From positions 1,116,001 through 1,180,000 of the forward strand of contig CDRNST010000194.1 of NCBI GenBank assembly GCA_977016875.1: a DNA stretch of 64,000 bases. The letters are read 5' to 3'. The notes under the pieces are model-generated. The model ran no database searches. It was not told the origin of the DNA and worked only from the letters and a program-made list of their open reading frames with translations. The stretch comes from Pavona decussata. Taxonomy: Eukaryota. Position numbers and translations under genes: made by a program. Positions 1 through 13,558 of the stretch are shown here, in pieces (position 1 is the first letter of the stretch; every line of letters begins with the position of its first letter).

Positions 1-1550
1 GCGATTACGTGTTTATAACATAGATGGCAAAATTTTCTTCAACTAGCGAGTCACTTCATAAAATAGTCAGCCCCGGCCTAGCGTGAAAACACCCACCCGT
101 GAGCAAAACAAACAAACAATTCACCTGTTTCTTAGCATACAAAACAGACAAAATGAGAAAAGTTAATTGTTATATACGTGTAATTAAGAGAATATACAAG
201 TTTAATTCATGAGCAAATTAACAACAATTAAACCAAATGTTATGCATCAACTGAATAATTTTTATTCACTTGCACTGTGAAGCTTTCTACTGCTTGACAA
301 TTAATAACACGAACGGAGATCGATAAAAGTGCAAAGAAGGAACTTGCAGAGTAATTTCTTTTACTGAATTTGACCTGCTCCTTCCCCCCATCAAAAGGGC
401 ACTGTTATCATTGTTCGGTTATCGTTCGCTGGAAGAAGCCGTAGCGAGGTGTAAGCACTTGGTAGCAGCCATGAATATTTTCAGTTTTCCAACCAAACAA
501 ATCCGACCAAGTTTTCAGCTTTTGACACAAACAATCTCTTGTTGTTTCTTGTAAGAAATGAACGTTCACCTTTAGGAATTTCCTTTGTAGCTGTAGCACT
601 TGATTTCAAAGTATTTTTGACACAAACAATCCGGCTTAAAAAGTCAAACTGCAAAGTACCTGAAAGAAGTCTATGTTGTCGCGGCAAAAAATGAAGAAAC
701 CAACAAAATGTAGAAATGGCATGCTCAGCCAATCAGGAGCAAGTATTTTTGCCGCTCGACTCATCAGGAGTGAGTAATCTTACCCTCAGTGAAAGGAAAA
801 TTAAGAAAAAATGCCCTCTGTTTCAACTAATCAGCATTCAGTAATTTTGCCTTCGATGTTATAAACTTAGTAATTACCAAGGCTGTTGCCTAAGAAAAAT
901 TTGAAGGAGCCCACCATGTCAAAAGCCAAGAAGTTAGAAGCCCAACGACAACATGTGAGGTGATAGATGCTGCTGCAAAACTTTAGGCACCCAGAGCTTT
1001 TGCTTGGGTGTCCCAGAATACTGAGCTCCTGTTGGGCAACAGCCTCGATAACAATTATTACGTGGAAATAATGTTAGGAAACAATCAAACCTCTGATTGT
1101 TTGAACCACAGCATGTTTGTTGTAATTGGGAAAAGAAGATCAGTTTATGAAATTTGTCAGCCAGACACATTGCCTTGTTTTACAGTTTAGTGCAATTTCA
1201 AATGCAACTGCAATGATTCACTCGTGGTTTTCATATGTGGCGCTATGTAAATGCTATTAATAGTAAGTACTGCCATGTACTCACAACCATTTACCAAAAC
1301 TCACAATCCTGAATAACTGGAGGGGTGGTCAGGTCATTCTTTACTTGCTGGACTAACCTAGCATGTTAGTGCATCAAACAAAAGCCAACGCAAAAGCACA
1401 AGCCAAATGCTGCAAAAGTCAAATTTTCCATTTAAAGTGTTTGCATATGGGTTTTCAATGTTTTCGTAGTCTTTATTTACTTGCTGCTTCGGATTGTGTT
1501 TGAGTTGGCTATACTGAGAAACTACTCAAACACTTTTCTGTTGTGTTTAG

Positions 1551-1679
1551 TGTTCATTTTGTTCACCTGTTGTCCTTGCCTCGTGTGTGGAGAATGTGTG
1601 GACATCGTCCACATCTATTCGAAACAAAAGACATCTGATGGAGGCACTGTGGCTGGGATGTGGAGCCAATGGAATGAAG
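1551..1679 (+). CDS. RIC1: RIC1 coding exon (first in window; the gene starts upstream)
   Basis: ttag acceptor and GT donor. Translates [43 protein letters not shown], matching the RIC1 motif VVLAxxVENVW..RHLxEALWLxCGxxGMK. Confidence 0.88.
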
Positions 1680-2453
1680 GTACGTGTTCGCACCCCTCTT
1701 GAGTTTGGTGGTGCATTTTACAAGTCAGACTCTTTCGCTGTTTGCTTGTCCCCATCTCGGTCAAGGTAAATCTGGGAAAAAAATCACTGTTTTACTCGGG
1801 AAGTCATATTCTTACTGCAGGGTGCCCACATGGCCAGCACTAATGTGCCATGAAGCAGCTATATCCATCAAAGGGTTTCCCCCAGCATTTTGTTCGGTCA
1901 CCATTACGGTTTTCTGGTAACTATTTATACCCCTGGGTAAAAGGAGCCTAACATAAATAATTTTTTTCTGTCCAGGACAGAAACCAGACACCAAACTCCG
2001 ACTTTGCAATTGAAGGTGCTCGCTATACTAGCATGTGTACAGAGAACAAATTTGTTGTTTTCCTTTTTTCGTGTTACTTTTTTGGGGGAGTTAGGGTTAG
2101 GGTGAAAAGTGGGCGTCTCGGTTTCTGCTCAGTTACAAACTGTGATCTCTTCTTAAAATTCATTTGCAAGATCAGTAAGCAGCTTACTATTCACAGTCAA
2201 ACCAAGCCAAGTTGATGTTAAACAGTCCTTGCCGGTTGACAATTTTAAAACAAAGATGCATTTTTAATCTCAGGCGTTATTCTTTTCTGTTTTGATATTG
2301 AAGTTTGAACTTTTAGACTTTTGGATCTCAAAGACTCCTTATTAATGTGTCAAGTATTTAAATTAGTGATATTACAATTTTTAAATTATAAATGATTTAT
2401 TTCAGGACCTCCCTGAAAACCACCATGGGGAGAGGAGCCTCCGGACTAAATAT

Positions 2454-2543
2454 TTATGATTATGATTATGATTATGATTATGATTACAATTATGATTATG
2501 ATTATGATTATGGTTATGATTATGATTATGATTATGATTATGT
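2454..2543. repeat. (GATTAT)n microsatellite, about 14 units
   Basis: Visible directly. It abuts the 3' end of the minus-strand retroelement fragment. Confidence 0.95.
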
Positions 2544-2544
2544 A

Positions 2545-3496
2545 GTTCAGTTCTTGATACAGTATTTCTACCCCAAGGGCTGGGTCCAAACCATGAACCT
2601 AGGCCACTAGAGGGTTGCTTTGTCCTGGTTGTCACTTTATAGATAGGACCTTCTGTAAAATATGGGTCGTTCCCAGCAATGAATTTCTTGTAGGTTGATG
2701 TTTCCTGGAATTTCACTGATGAACTTCTCTGAACCTTTCCTGGCGCACCTATGACCACTGGGATTTTTTCTGTCTTCTGCCACATTCTTGTGATTTCTAT
2801 TTCAAGATGTTTATACTTGGATATTTTTTAGAAGTATTTTTATCAGAGGGGATAGCCATATCAATGAGAATGCATTTGTTATCCCGTTTATTCTTGATGA
2901 CAATGTCAAGACGATTTGCAGAAATTTCTCTTTCTGTGTGAATAGGCATATTGTAAAGGATGGTGATGTCGTCCTTTTTCTCCACCATTTTTGGGTCGTG
3001 TTCGTACCACTTGTCTGCCGTTTGCACCTCATACTCCTTACGGATCTTCCAGTGTATGTAGGCTTCCGCATTGTTGTGCCGGTGTATGTATTGTGTTTTT
3101 GCTAGCTCTGGGCAGCCTGAGACAATATGGTCAATAGTTTCCTGGGATTTGTTGCAGATGTGGCAATGTGGATCTGTCCCATCCTTAATAATATGGGGAG
3201 GGTTTGGTCTTCTGCAGCTATAAGGAGTCACTCTGTTTCAGCCTTCAGACTAGACGATATGAGCCATTGGTTTGTTTCTTTCGTATCAACATCAGCTTCT
3301 TTAATTTGTGAAGAGTGCCTTCCATGTAATGCTTTCTCTTCCCATCTGGTTTGCATTTGTTACAGGCCCACAGGTGTTTCGCAACTGTCTTGATTTCTTC
3401 GCATACAATACCACTGTTTCATCACCTTCAATTGCCAGTTCTTTGAGATCCAATTCTTTCTTGAACTTTCCAGCCTCCGTTGGGATAGAATAAAGC
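2545..3496 (-). mobile_element. 5'-truncated, frameshifted RLE-type non-LTR retrotransposon (R4/Dong-like)
   Basis: CCHC knuckle CHIC..ETIDHIVSGC, RHN motif, endonuclease motif R(P>L)DIVI...LIDMAIP, and IPVVIGA(L>P)G. Confidence 0.85.
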
Positions 3497-3552
3497 TATT
3501 ATTATTGTTATTATTATTGTTACTGTTATTGTTATTGTTATTGTTATTATTG
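3497..3552. repeat. Imperfect (TTA/TTG)n microsatellite
   Basis: Visible directly at the 5' junction of the RLE fragment. Confidence 0.9.
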
Positions 3553-4344
3553 TGACAGTACTCATTGACACGAGAAATTTGTTTTTTGTATTTTCTTGGA
3601 AAATCCACCATTGTGCAAGTCAAGAATTTCCGCTCTGAATGTGTTGCAGAGAGTTTTTGTGGGTTCCTTGCCGCCATTTGCTTGTTGATAAAATCAAACC
3701 AGAAATCAAATTTTCATTTGGACTTGATCCGTGCAATTTCAAAATGAACAAGACACCTGGCGCTGTTCATGTGGAATGTTTTGATCAATGCAAGCATTAA
3801 CTTCAAATGACTACCCACTGTCACAATCCGTTTCTACATACAAATAAATAATGAAAGGTATCCATTCGTGAGGTCGTATATAAAAACAGGTTTCACTGGC
3901 TACTTGGATGAAAACAGAGTTCAGTTGAATACTTACATGAGAAAGTGTTTAAACCTTGTGCCCTGATTGAAATATGCAAGGAAATAATTATAATATCATA
4001 TAGCCACTCCTTTGTGTCTAATTGCTCACTAAAGAAAAACAGACAAAAAGCTTTCCCAAATAAGAAAATTTATTTAGATAAGCGTTTATTTGCATATAAA
4101 AGCGAATGTGTACAGTTGTCATTTAAACTTCAATTAATCGATTCATAATAGAATCTAGGGGAGTTTGCTTAAGTTGGTTCAGCTGTGAAATTGTCAAATT
4201 TGCTAAATTAGAACACGTCACTAAATCGAATTGCACATATTTCCTTAACTGTGAGAGGCGCCTTAAATAAGCTTAACTTCAGGACAGCTAAAAGAATGTG
4301 ACCTTTGGTTGGGTCTATTCTAGCATTACTGTCTTAATTCACAG

Positions 4345-4441
4345 GTTTGGCTTCCCTTGTTTCCTGGAGATGATGGAAACCCACCAAACTTTCTCTCCAA
4401 GAGAATCATGCTGCCATTCCAACTAAACATCTATCCATTAG
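4345..4441 (+). CDS. RIC1: RIC1 coding exon
   Basis: acag / gtaag boundaries. [32 protein letters not shown] continues the previous exon in phase. Confidence 0.92.
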
Positions 4442-6377
4442 GTAAGCCAGTATAGTATAACAACAACAACAACAGTATTTATTAACTCACACTTAAAAGT
4501 AATGCAACGAATTATTTGCTTCTTTTTGACCTCAGTACTCTCCCAAGCAAGCGAGGTTAATAACAAGTCTATTATGTGCCATCACTGCAGAAGCTAATGC
4601 TACAATCTGATTTTGCGTTACTGGTAATATTCTGCTCGTTGATTATAAGTTACTTAATTGGAACCTTAATTTAGAACTTCCAATTCTCAGGCCATTCGGA
4701 AAAAAAAAGGAACAGCATCGACTTATTGTTATTTCACTAAACAGAGCTCAAAGGTCCTAGAAGGAGAGAATTGGCAACATAAACGTAGATGAGATAGTGA
4801 ACAACGGAAACTTGCCACAGAACTGAGAACGGATGTTTTATGAGTCCAATGAGTCAACAGGTCGGGTCAGCGGTTTTTCGTAAAAAAACAAATGGGTAAT
4901 ACCAAGTCATTTTTCTTCCAGATAATGGGAAATCTCGGTCAATGGAGGTCAAAAGTAGATAAAACTACTAAGACTGGGTACAACAAAACAGTGGCGTGGG
5001 GGACAAGTGGGAAGGGTGAAAAAGAGTGATTTACGGTTAGGGTTTCCCCTTTCCAATTTACACCAGTGTGACAAACTAGTCAGTAACTTACCGATAGATA
5101 TGTAAAAGAACTTTCCTTGGCACTCGCGATCGATTTTTTACTTCAAACCCGGCCAAATCATCAATACACCGAATGTCAAAGAACAACTGTTCACAGATTT
5201 GAGTCTTTGAGCACTGGGAAACTCCACACACACACTGAGGTTTAACTTAATTTACTTTAAGTGCTGTGTTCAAAGGGAATTAAAGACTTTCTTCCATAGC
5301 AGTCACAACATTAATAATTTGGCCGCCATATTTTTCGCTTCTGATCGGGAGCTACGCGGCAGGGCCTGGGAACTGCAAACAAACAGCCGGGTTGAGATTT
5401 AAAAGGAAACTAGCTGCCTTGTGCAGGCAGCAATAAAACAACTAGCCAAATAAGTAAACGTAATGCATAATTTTATTGTTTCTGCAGAATTGGGTTTTTT
5501 TTAGACCTGACTCATTGACTCATGACTCATTGACTCATTTGACTGATTAATACTTTACACTGGTTTTCTTTATCTCAATTTGGTAGCTTTCATTTCCTGA
5601 GGCCCTTTCTTCACAAAGAAGACTCGAGCTTAATCGCTTTGCATTAGTTCGTAAACAATTACGCCCATGACAGTTTTCATATTATAATGAGGTAAACAGA
5701 CCTGATTTCCGAGGGGGCAAGCAATTTGAAATCGACAGATTTTAACTAGTTTCTTTGAATAAATACTGTCAAAGACATGGCATAACTTCAGTTTTCTAGC
5801 AATACATGAACACCTATTTTATTCAAAAAAACATTATTTTACTGCCACTTACCGATGTCACCGATGCCATGTTGACGAAGGGGTCGACCACGTGCGACGT
5901 AAGGGTCATGTGTCCGCATTATAATTTGCTTACATTATGCTTTGGGGTTGTTTATTTCAATTCAAGGTTGACACTTTTCGAAAAAAATATATAACAATGA
6001 TATAATAATGTCAATTTCATGGGAAATGATCTCAAAAGGTGATTGTTAATGACACTAGTGTAAGTTAAGTCGAAAAATTCAAAATGCGTCCTATATTATT
6101 TTGACGGAGAGGCAGTTTTGGTCTCAGTCTGCATTTTATACCCAGTCTGCAGTCTGCATTTTATACTGACCGTTTGAATAACATGATGTTGAGTAGAAAT
6201 TCATGTCATCCTGGATTCAATTCCCATAAAATATTTCCAGCTGTATGCACAACTCCATAAGTTGTGTGGATTACTGCGAAGAGTATTGCTTTGTGATGCT
6301 TTTTTCTGCAGGAAGAAGGAGCCAACGGAATGCATTGACAACATTGAATTATTGATGTCTATGCGTATTTTTCACAG

Positions 6378-6502
6378 CTGTTTTATTTCAAGATGCGGTG
6401 ATTCTTGGTGCTGCTAATGAGCCAATGCCCTTGGAATGCACATCACCAGCTCCGACCTCGCTTTCACCGCAAGCTTTTCCTTTCTGTACACTAGAAAGAA
6501 CG
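6378..6502 (+). CDS. RIC1: RIC1 coding exon
   Basis: ttcacag / gtatga boundaries. (A)VLFQDAVILGAANE...FPFCTLERT. Confidence 0.92.
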
Positions 6503-6714
6503 GTATGAGTACATGTTCTCCTAACTCAATGGTATGCTTTTTTGAGAATTTTTTGATTTGGTACATTGAAGTATTGATGATTTTCTCATCACCTGTCTGT
6601 GTGATTTCCTTAAAATGGAGTATCTTATTCTGTAAATTAGTGACAAGTTTGTCTGATTCAACAAAAGAATCTTTATAGAAGGTGAAATGTTCAGCGTGCC
6701 TTGAGAATAACACA

Positions 6715-6880
6715 AAGAAAGCATCTCAGTTTCTGACAGGTATCCAACCCACGACCCCCTACACCTTGGTCAGATGTTCTAACTACAGAGAAACTGGGAG
6801 ACTTGTGGCAAACTACGTTATTTACTTGGCTCATCTGTCACACATTCTGCATACTGTGGGATCAGCAATATTGAAGCCTA
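6715..6880 (-). mobile_element. Diverged tRNA-like repeat related to the 48.7-51.3 kb units
   Basis: The reverse complement has gatcccacagtatgcagaatg...ccacaagtctcc followed by degenerate A/B boxes, in the same motif order as those units. Confidence 0.5.
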
Positions 6881-6984
6881 CTTGTGGTTATAAAAAGAAT
6901 GGTGGTAGAGTTTTCACCGCACACACGAATCTTGTTAGTTATACGTTGGTCGGTAATTGGTTTCTTTATTTTCTTGTTTTGTAG

Positions 6985-7031
6985 ACTCAAATATACTTGC
7001 ACCACATTCTGAGGCAGCTTCTGCGACGAAA
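6985..7031 (+). CDS. RIC1: RIC1 coding exon (47 bp)
   Basis: ttgtag / gtaagt boundaries. TQIYLHHILRQLLRR(N), from the conserved RIC1 domain. Confidence 0.92.
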
Positions 7032-7300
7032 GTAAGTGCCCAGTTGACTATGAAAGGTCCTTATTTCCCCTAGTCACGTAAATAGTATAGGTAAACATCA
7101 CATGTTTCATGGAAACTCGAAGCGTGGTATAGGAAATGGAGTATTCTGGCATGTTTCACCACTTGAAAATTCCTTTGGAAAAAAGGAGGCGTATAGATCT
7201 CCAGTATATCGCAGGGATAGCATCGGAACGTAACAATATTTGGCATATCTTCTTTGCTGCTTGATAGTATTTATCGTATGTTTTTCTCTTGCATACTTAG

Positions 7301-7425
7301 CTTAGGTCAACAAGCACTGAAGATTGCCAACATGTGTTGTGATCTGCCGTACTTCCCTCATGTGCTTGAACTTATGTTACATGAAGTGCTGGAAGAGGAA
7401 GCTACAGCATCTGAACCTATTCCAG
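7301..7425 (+). CDS. RIC1: RIC1 coding exon
   Basis: cttag / gtagt boundaries. [41 protein letters not shown]. Confidence 0.94.
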
Positions 7426-8042
7426 GTAGTTTAGCAGCTTTCCTTGTCATAGTTTGGTCGAAACCTTTTGGAGTTTACCTTTGAAATCCCATTGATGCCC
7501 TTAAGAAAAACTTTGGGAACTGTATGAAAGTTAGCATGATGACTCAAAGGAGGGTGCTTATTTAATTTTTGATATGACATTGGATTGTGAATTGTAGAAA
7601 TCCAAGCACGCATAGCAGAATAACATACGTTTGTCATATCTGCGTTAATATTTTCAATAGTTGTAATATAACTTTCAAAATTAGATAGTATAATATAGAA
7701 TTCTCTCGATTGAATGATGCCACTTTTCGGAATTGGCATACTTATACAATAGAGGCTTATATTGTAAGGAGGCAATTATTGTAACAAAGGTGATGTTAAT
7801 AAAAAGACACCAGGGGAAGCGGTTATTAGGAAAAGAGTGCTAAATCAGCTCATTACGATACTTGCATAGCCATTTCTTAGCCCACATTAACAAAGTATTC
7901 AATGCATACAGTATTCCTGTGTTTTTAGGGGGGGGAGGGAGGGGTTTACACTATGATATCATTGAGTGCCTACAATTTTTGCCGAATTTGGGGTGGGATG
8001 GGTAACTGCCCTGTAACATGAAAACTACGCAAGACCCTATGT

Positions 8043-11000
8043 TGTAGGGTTAGGCCAATCTCTACCTTAGTTTGTCAGTCACTTTGCACACTTTGCACAT
8101 TGTATGCTGGGACCATGTGCTTGCACTGGTCGCCATCTTGAATAAAGGTGTTTTGTTGTTGAGAGTGGTTAATTGTCCTATGAATTCTACATGCTGGCAG
8201 CAGACATTGACGCCGAAATGCCAGACAGCAGTGGTATCACACCAAGAAATCTCAGAGCAATCTTCGATAGCAGAGGAGAAGTAAATTAATCTGCAGCCTT
8301 AATGGGGGACTGTGCAGACAACATTTTAGCCACTCTCTGTATCGATTAAAACAAAGCTACCTACAAGGAAGTTCGGACACTGCTCTCAACAGATATTTTG
8401 TTTGCTACGACTTGATAGTACAATGTCAAAGAGCCCAGTTTAAAAAAAAAACAGTTACTTGGTTGTGACTATGGTCCTCTGAAAGACCACGTTATTCATG
8501 ACGGTATGTTGTGGGAGTTCTTGATGAGATGCTGTCAGATCATCTTCAAGTGGACTTTACCCTCGAACAAGCAATAAAATGAGTCATCAGCCAGAAGCAA
8601 GAAAGCATAGCAGGGCCCTCATTTGAGGAAATTCTGCCTCCAGTTCAGCTTCCCATTCATCTGGCGTTGATTTCGTGGAGAAGCACAAGCCTGACCAAAA
8701 AATCAACAAGGCTAACAAAACCGATTGAAGCCGAGCGGAAATGAATTAGGGCAGCACAGACAGGATTCATGCCCTTTAAAACATTTAACCTGACAAAAAC
8801 GAGGGCACTTTTAAGCTGTCTGTCTCTCTAAAAAGCAGCCGGCAGGAGAGCAATCATTAATGAAGTTGGAGATTTTAAAAAAGAATGGGTCTTTTCCCTT
8901 GTGGTCTATAGTGGTGATGACGTTTTCTGGACTGCTGTTGTCAAGGTGGGTGTTCGTGAAAAACGCTTCAAATTGTATACTGGAGCGGCACTTTGCATCG
9001 TTAGTGACAGGGGACCATGGGTTAAAGACCTGCAATTATCAAGGACCCAACAGACCTTATGAGGTCCAGCTCCACCATTCTCCAGCTGTGGGCAGCTTTA
9101 ACGCCACTTTGGAGTACGAAGGTCATAACACAACCAAAGCAGTCTTAATGTTCTCAAGAATCAGCTGAACTCCCTCCACATTAAGAACGCTCGTGTTTAC
9201 CTGGATTTGATTGCTCTTTTTGGAGAGGTGGTCACTCAGCCTGCTAATTTTAAGGAAGAATTCCCCTCAATTCTTCACAGGCCTGGGAAGACTGAAAACT
9301 GAACACCAGATCAAGCTCAATCCAGAAGTCGAGCCAGTGTGCTTCAACACTCCAAGGAGGATTCCACAACCATTGGTACCCAAAGTGAAGTATGAAATTG
9401 ACTCAATGTTACAGCAAGGTGTCATTTCTCCAGTCACTGTTCCGACATAGTTGTGATCTGGTAATGTACTTGTACCAAGAGCCAATGGAAAAGTCCGGAT
9501 CTGTGTAGACTTAACGCTACTGAACAAGGCTGGCAAAGATGAAGTTCTTCCCATGGGCTCAGTTAATGAAAGCTTTGCCATGCAAGGAGAAACGAGAGTG
9601 TCCACAAAATTAGACGCCAACAGTGGTTTCTGGCAAATTCCTTTGGATGAAGATTCAAAGCTGCTAACATCTTTCAACACACCCTTCGGTCGCTTTTGCT
9701 TTAACAGATTGCAATTTGGGATCAGTTCTGCACCTGAGATATTTTAGCAGACTATTTCAGCTATCTTCAGCGGTCTTCACGGAGTGATATGCCAGATCCA
9801 TCGTAGGAATTAAATCAAACATGATGTATCTGTTTGGGCTATTCTGTTCAGTCTATGAGAGGCTGGACTGACACAAAGCATACAGAAGTGTGCGTTTTGT
9901 CAAGGAGGAATCAAGTTTCTGCAGCACATTGTTGATGCTAAAAGGGTCCATACCCACCCAGAGAAAACAATAGCCATTGAACAGAACTACACAGGTTCAT
10001 GGGAATTGTTAACCAGCTGGGAATGCTCATTCCAGGTTTGGCTGAACTAAATGAACCCCAGCTGCAACTGCTTTGCAAGGAACTACATGGTACTGGGGAA
10101 TAACTCATCAAACAGCCTCTCAGCGAGTTAATGAGATCCTTGTATCACCTGTAAGTCCTTACACACTATGACCATATTCGTCAAACAATCATTGCTGCAG
10201 ATGCCTCATCAACCAGGCTTGGAGCATTTCTCCTTCAGACTTAAGACAATAGAAAGCAACACGCTATCTGCTACATCTCTAGATCCCTTACTGAGGCTGA
10301 AAAGAAGTATGCAGTTATTGAGAAAGAAGCTCTTGCCTCAATCTAGGCATGTGATCGCCTTGAAAGATGTTGCTTGGACTCGGGTTTACTTTAGAAGCCC
10401 CCTTCTACCCCTTCTGACTACAACTGCACTACCCAACATGCCACCAGGGATAGTGCGTATCCATCTGTGGATGATGAGGTACAACCTTGAAATCCTTCAA
10501 GTCCCTGGAAAACATCAAATTTCTGCCGATGCACTCTCACATACGCCTTTATGTACCCCAAAGTCGTCCTACAGCCAGTTTATTGAAGAAGTTGAATCCT
10601 ATGCCAGCTGCACGATGGACAGTCTTCCTGCAAATGTCTAAGGCCTTCAGGAGATCAGAAATGCGCAGAAAAATTATAAGGAATGCAGACAAGTCAGATG
10701 ATTTTGTAAGGAAGCCTTGATGCCCTCCTCCTCCACCAGCCACCCTTGGGAGAGAGTAACCATGGATCTATTTGAGTTTGGACGACAAACATTCCTCATC
10801 ATGGTTGATTACTACTCAAGATGGATTGAAATCAAATGTATCAAGTACAAGAACTTCCAGATTTGACAACTGGTGAATCCGTATGGATGAGGATCAATGC
10901 AGACTAAGGGAAAATATAAGGGTATAGACAGCATCCACAGAGAAAGGCACGGTGCGTTGTAAGCCAACCCCATTGGTTCTGCCAGTAACTAACCTGTTGA

Positions 11001-11985
11001 CTACTTCAAAGGACAATCAGCGATTGTATTTCAGTTCCCATGTGACACTGGAAGCTTGCCAAAAGCAGTCTGTTTGAAGACTATCAGAACCCCATAATTA
11101 ACGCTTTTGTTTTCAGTAAATTGTTTTACTGTTCGACCGTTTGGAGTAATACTTCTAAAACTAATGTAAAAAAGCTACAACTGGTTCAGAACTTTGCTGG
11201 CAGGATAGTTCTTGGTCTTTGAAGGTATGATCGCATTCTGAAGGCTTAAAGTCACTTAAATGGCTTTCTGTTTTTGAAAAATTATTCTTGTACGATTCTA
11301 TTACGGTCCATAAGTGCATGAATGGAAGAGCCCCTGGCTGTCTTATTAACAAATTTACACATAGATCAGAACTTCATGACAGAAATACGCGATATAACAA
11401 AGATTTAAATCTGCCGAGATGCGGATTAAAAACTGGGCAGCGATCTTTTGCCTATAGAGGGGCTACCTGCTGGAACAGATTTCCCAAAGACCTCAAAGAA
11501 GTAGTGAACTCTGGTACCTTTAAGAAGAGACTTGTAAATATGCTGTTAACATAAAATTGATTTATCTTTATTTCCCTAGTAGTTAATTTCATTAGTTATT
11601 ACATTTTATTCTTTCTCCTTATCTTGTAATTTTAATATATTGTGGCTGAAAAGCCCTGTAAAGGGAGCCTCAATAAATGTATGTATGTTCCAGAACGATT
11701 GTCAGACCTCCTAACCGATTAAGACTTTGCCTCCATATTTCACTGTCAGATCAAGACTTTAGGATAGTATGATGTTTAGTGGACATAAGGTGGATAATGT
11801 TTGTTACATTCACTAGAATGTTCGATACTAGGAAAGGTCGAGGTGTAGGGTTAGGCCAATCTCTACTTTTGTCACTCACCTCAGCTTTGTGGATTACATG
11901 CTGGGACCGTGTGCTTGCAATGGTTGCCCTCTTGAATATACATGTGTTGTCGTCAAGTGTTGTTAATTATTCTGTGAAGTCTACA
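8043..11985 (+). mobile_element. Decayed full-length Ty3/Gypsy LTR retrotransposon in a RIC1 intron
   Basis: TG..CA LTRs at 8043-8191 and 11844-11985 share tgtagggttaggccaatctctac...tctaca. PBS-like tgctggcag; purine tract before the 3' LTR. RT (KLDANSGFWQIPL, TPFGRFCFNRLQFGISSAPEIF), RNase H and integrase remnants carry many stops and frameshifts. Confidence 0.92.
11091..11690 (+). mobile_element. 3' fragment of a CR1/L2-type LINE nested in the Gypsy element
   Basis: FVFSKLFYCSTVWSNTSK..KLQLVQNFAGRIV and ...RSFAYRGATCWN, then an AT-rich UTR ending aataaa(tgta)n. Confidence 0.85.
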
Positions 11986-12217
11986 TCCGTGAGAGAAGCA
12001 GCTCCTATATAAGCTCCTTAGGTATGAACAGCCCATGGGGATATGGGTATTACTTATGTGTACTACCTTGCAGGTGTAGCACCCAAAGGTTGTGTGAAAA
12101 GGGTACCATCCCATCTCAAGCTAATAGCAAATTCTCCCACGTCAGCTGATCGAAAATGCATGAAGGATAATAAGGGAAATGGTGTCACATACTTGTCCTT
12201 TTGTTGTTGTTTATTAG

Positions 12218-12360
12218 ATGCACTCCTTCCACGTGTTGTTCGGTTCATAAAGGAATTTCCTCAATACCTAGAGACAGTGGTACACTGCGCTAGAAAAACT
12301 GAGGTTGCTTTGTGGAGTTATTTATTTATGGCTGTTGGTAATCCAAGAGATCTGTTCACG
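12218..12360 (+). CDS. RIC1: RIC1 coding exon
   Basis: ttattag / gtaagt boundaries. (D)[47 protein letters not shown] contains the hallmark CARKTE motif. Confidence 0.95.
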
Positions 12361-12524
12361 GTAAGTAATTTAGAATGTTGGATTTCAACCTGGCTGATTG
12401 CTTGTGAAGGATGCACAATGTAGTAGAACTGAAACTTTCTCGAGTAGCTTGTGCATTGTTCCAAAAACTAAGTTTGGTTTCCACCATGAGAGATATTGAT
12501 TTTGTTCTTAATTTCTACAAAAAG

Positions 12525-12611
12525 GAATGCCTTGCTGCTGGTAAACTAGAAACTGCCGCATCGTACCTTATTATTCTTCAAAACCTTGAACAACCGGCTG
12601 TTAGCAAACAG
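12525..12611 (+). CDS. RIC1: RIC1 coding exon
   Basis: AAG acceptor and gtttgt donor. ECLAAGKLETAASYLIILQNLEQPAVSKQ contains the hallmark TAASYLIILQ motif. Confidence 0.93.
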
Positions 12612-13510
12612 GTTTGTACAGTAATTATTCTGGTCTGCTATTCCACAACTACTGATAGATATCACGGGCTAAGGCCAACTTTATTCTAGTTTTTTTGTGC
12701 AACATAGTAGTAATGAATTGATGCATCTTGAGCGTATTAATGTAATTGATAACCAGGGCAAATGAAATGGTTTAGATAATCTGGAACATACATCCGTTAT
12801 AACCCTTAGTCATGGAAATATTTTTTTTCAATAATGTAAATGTTACACTAGTGTTATTGAAAGAGAGACACCATCATAAGTGCAATTTATTAGCCATAGA
12901 GCTGATTAAATAGAAGGAAGACCCTGGCAGTTATTTACACAAATGTTTCAGATTGGCATAAGTTCTGTATGAGTGCAAGGGAAAAAAAGGCGTTTGGAAA
13001 AATCAATCCGCTCGTGTGTATACGCTAATTTTGATAGCTCTCCTCACTAGGATTATGCTTTTTCTTTTGTGTATGTTGCTAGTGCTGAATCAAGATCAGA
13101 CCTACCAATTGCAAAATTGCTAACGCTTAAAGGAACATGTTTTCTTAATTGTATACCTTTGTGGTATTTTGGAACTTGGTAGCAATAGCAATTTCATTTT
13201 CTATATACTTGTACTGGGCCTTTCAATAACATGCGGAATCTGAAGTTCAAGATTCAACAGCCATTACGCATTTCACTGCCATCAAATCAACGAAGTGGAC
13301 CTGTTAGAAACTCAATGCGGTCAAGAGGTCATGTTCGTGCACAGTAATTGGCAAATTTAAATCCACTTTATCGGTTTCTTTAATTTTGTGGTCAGCCAGT
13401 TGTCACCATAATCATGATCGACGCAAATTGTTAGTTGGATTTTGAAGTTCAGAGTCCGTATATTTTTGAAAGGTGCACTACAAAACGTTTTTTTTTCATT
13501 CTTTTTGCAG

Positions 13511-13558
13511 CATGCTACCATCTTGCTTGATAAGGCTTTGGACAGCTGTAAATGGAGT
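13511..13558 (+). CDS. RIC1: RIC1 coding exon (48 bp)
   Basis: tttgcag / gtaagc boundaries. HATILLDKALDSCKWS. Confidence 0.9.

Noticed and set aside
8038-11990. Target-site duplication for the old Gypsy element
   Set aside because: Flanks tatgt and tccgt match at only 3 of 5 positions, so a TSD is not claimed.
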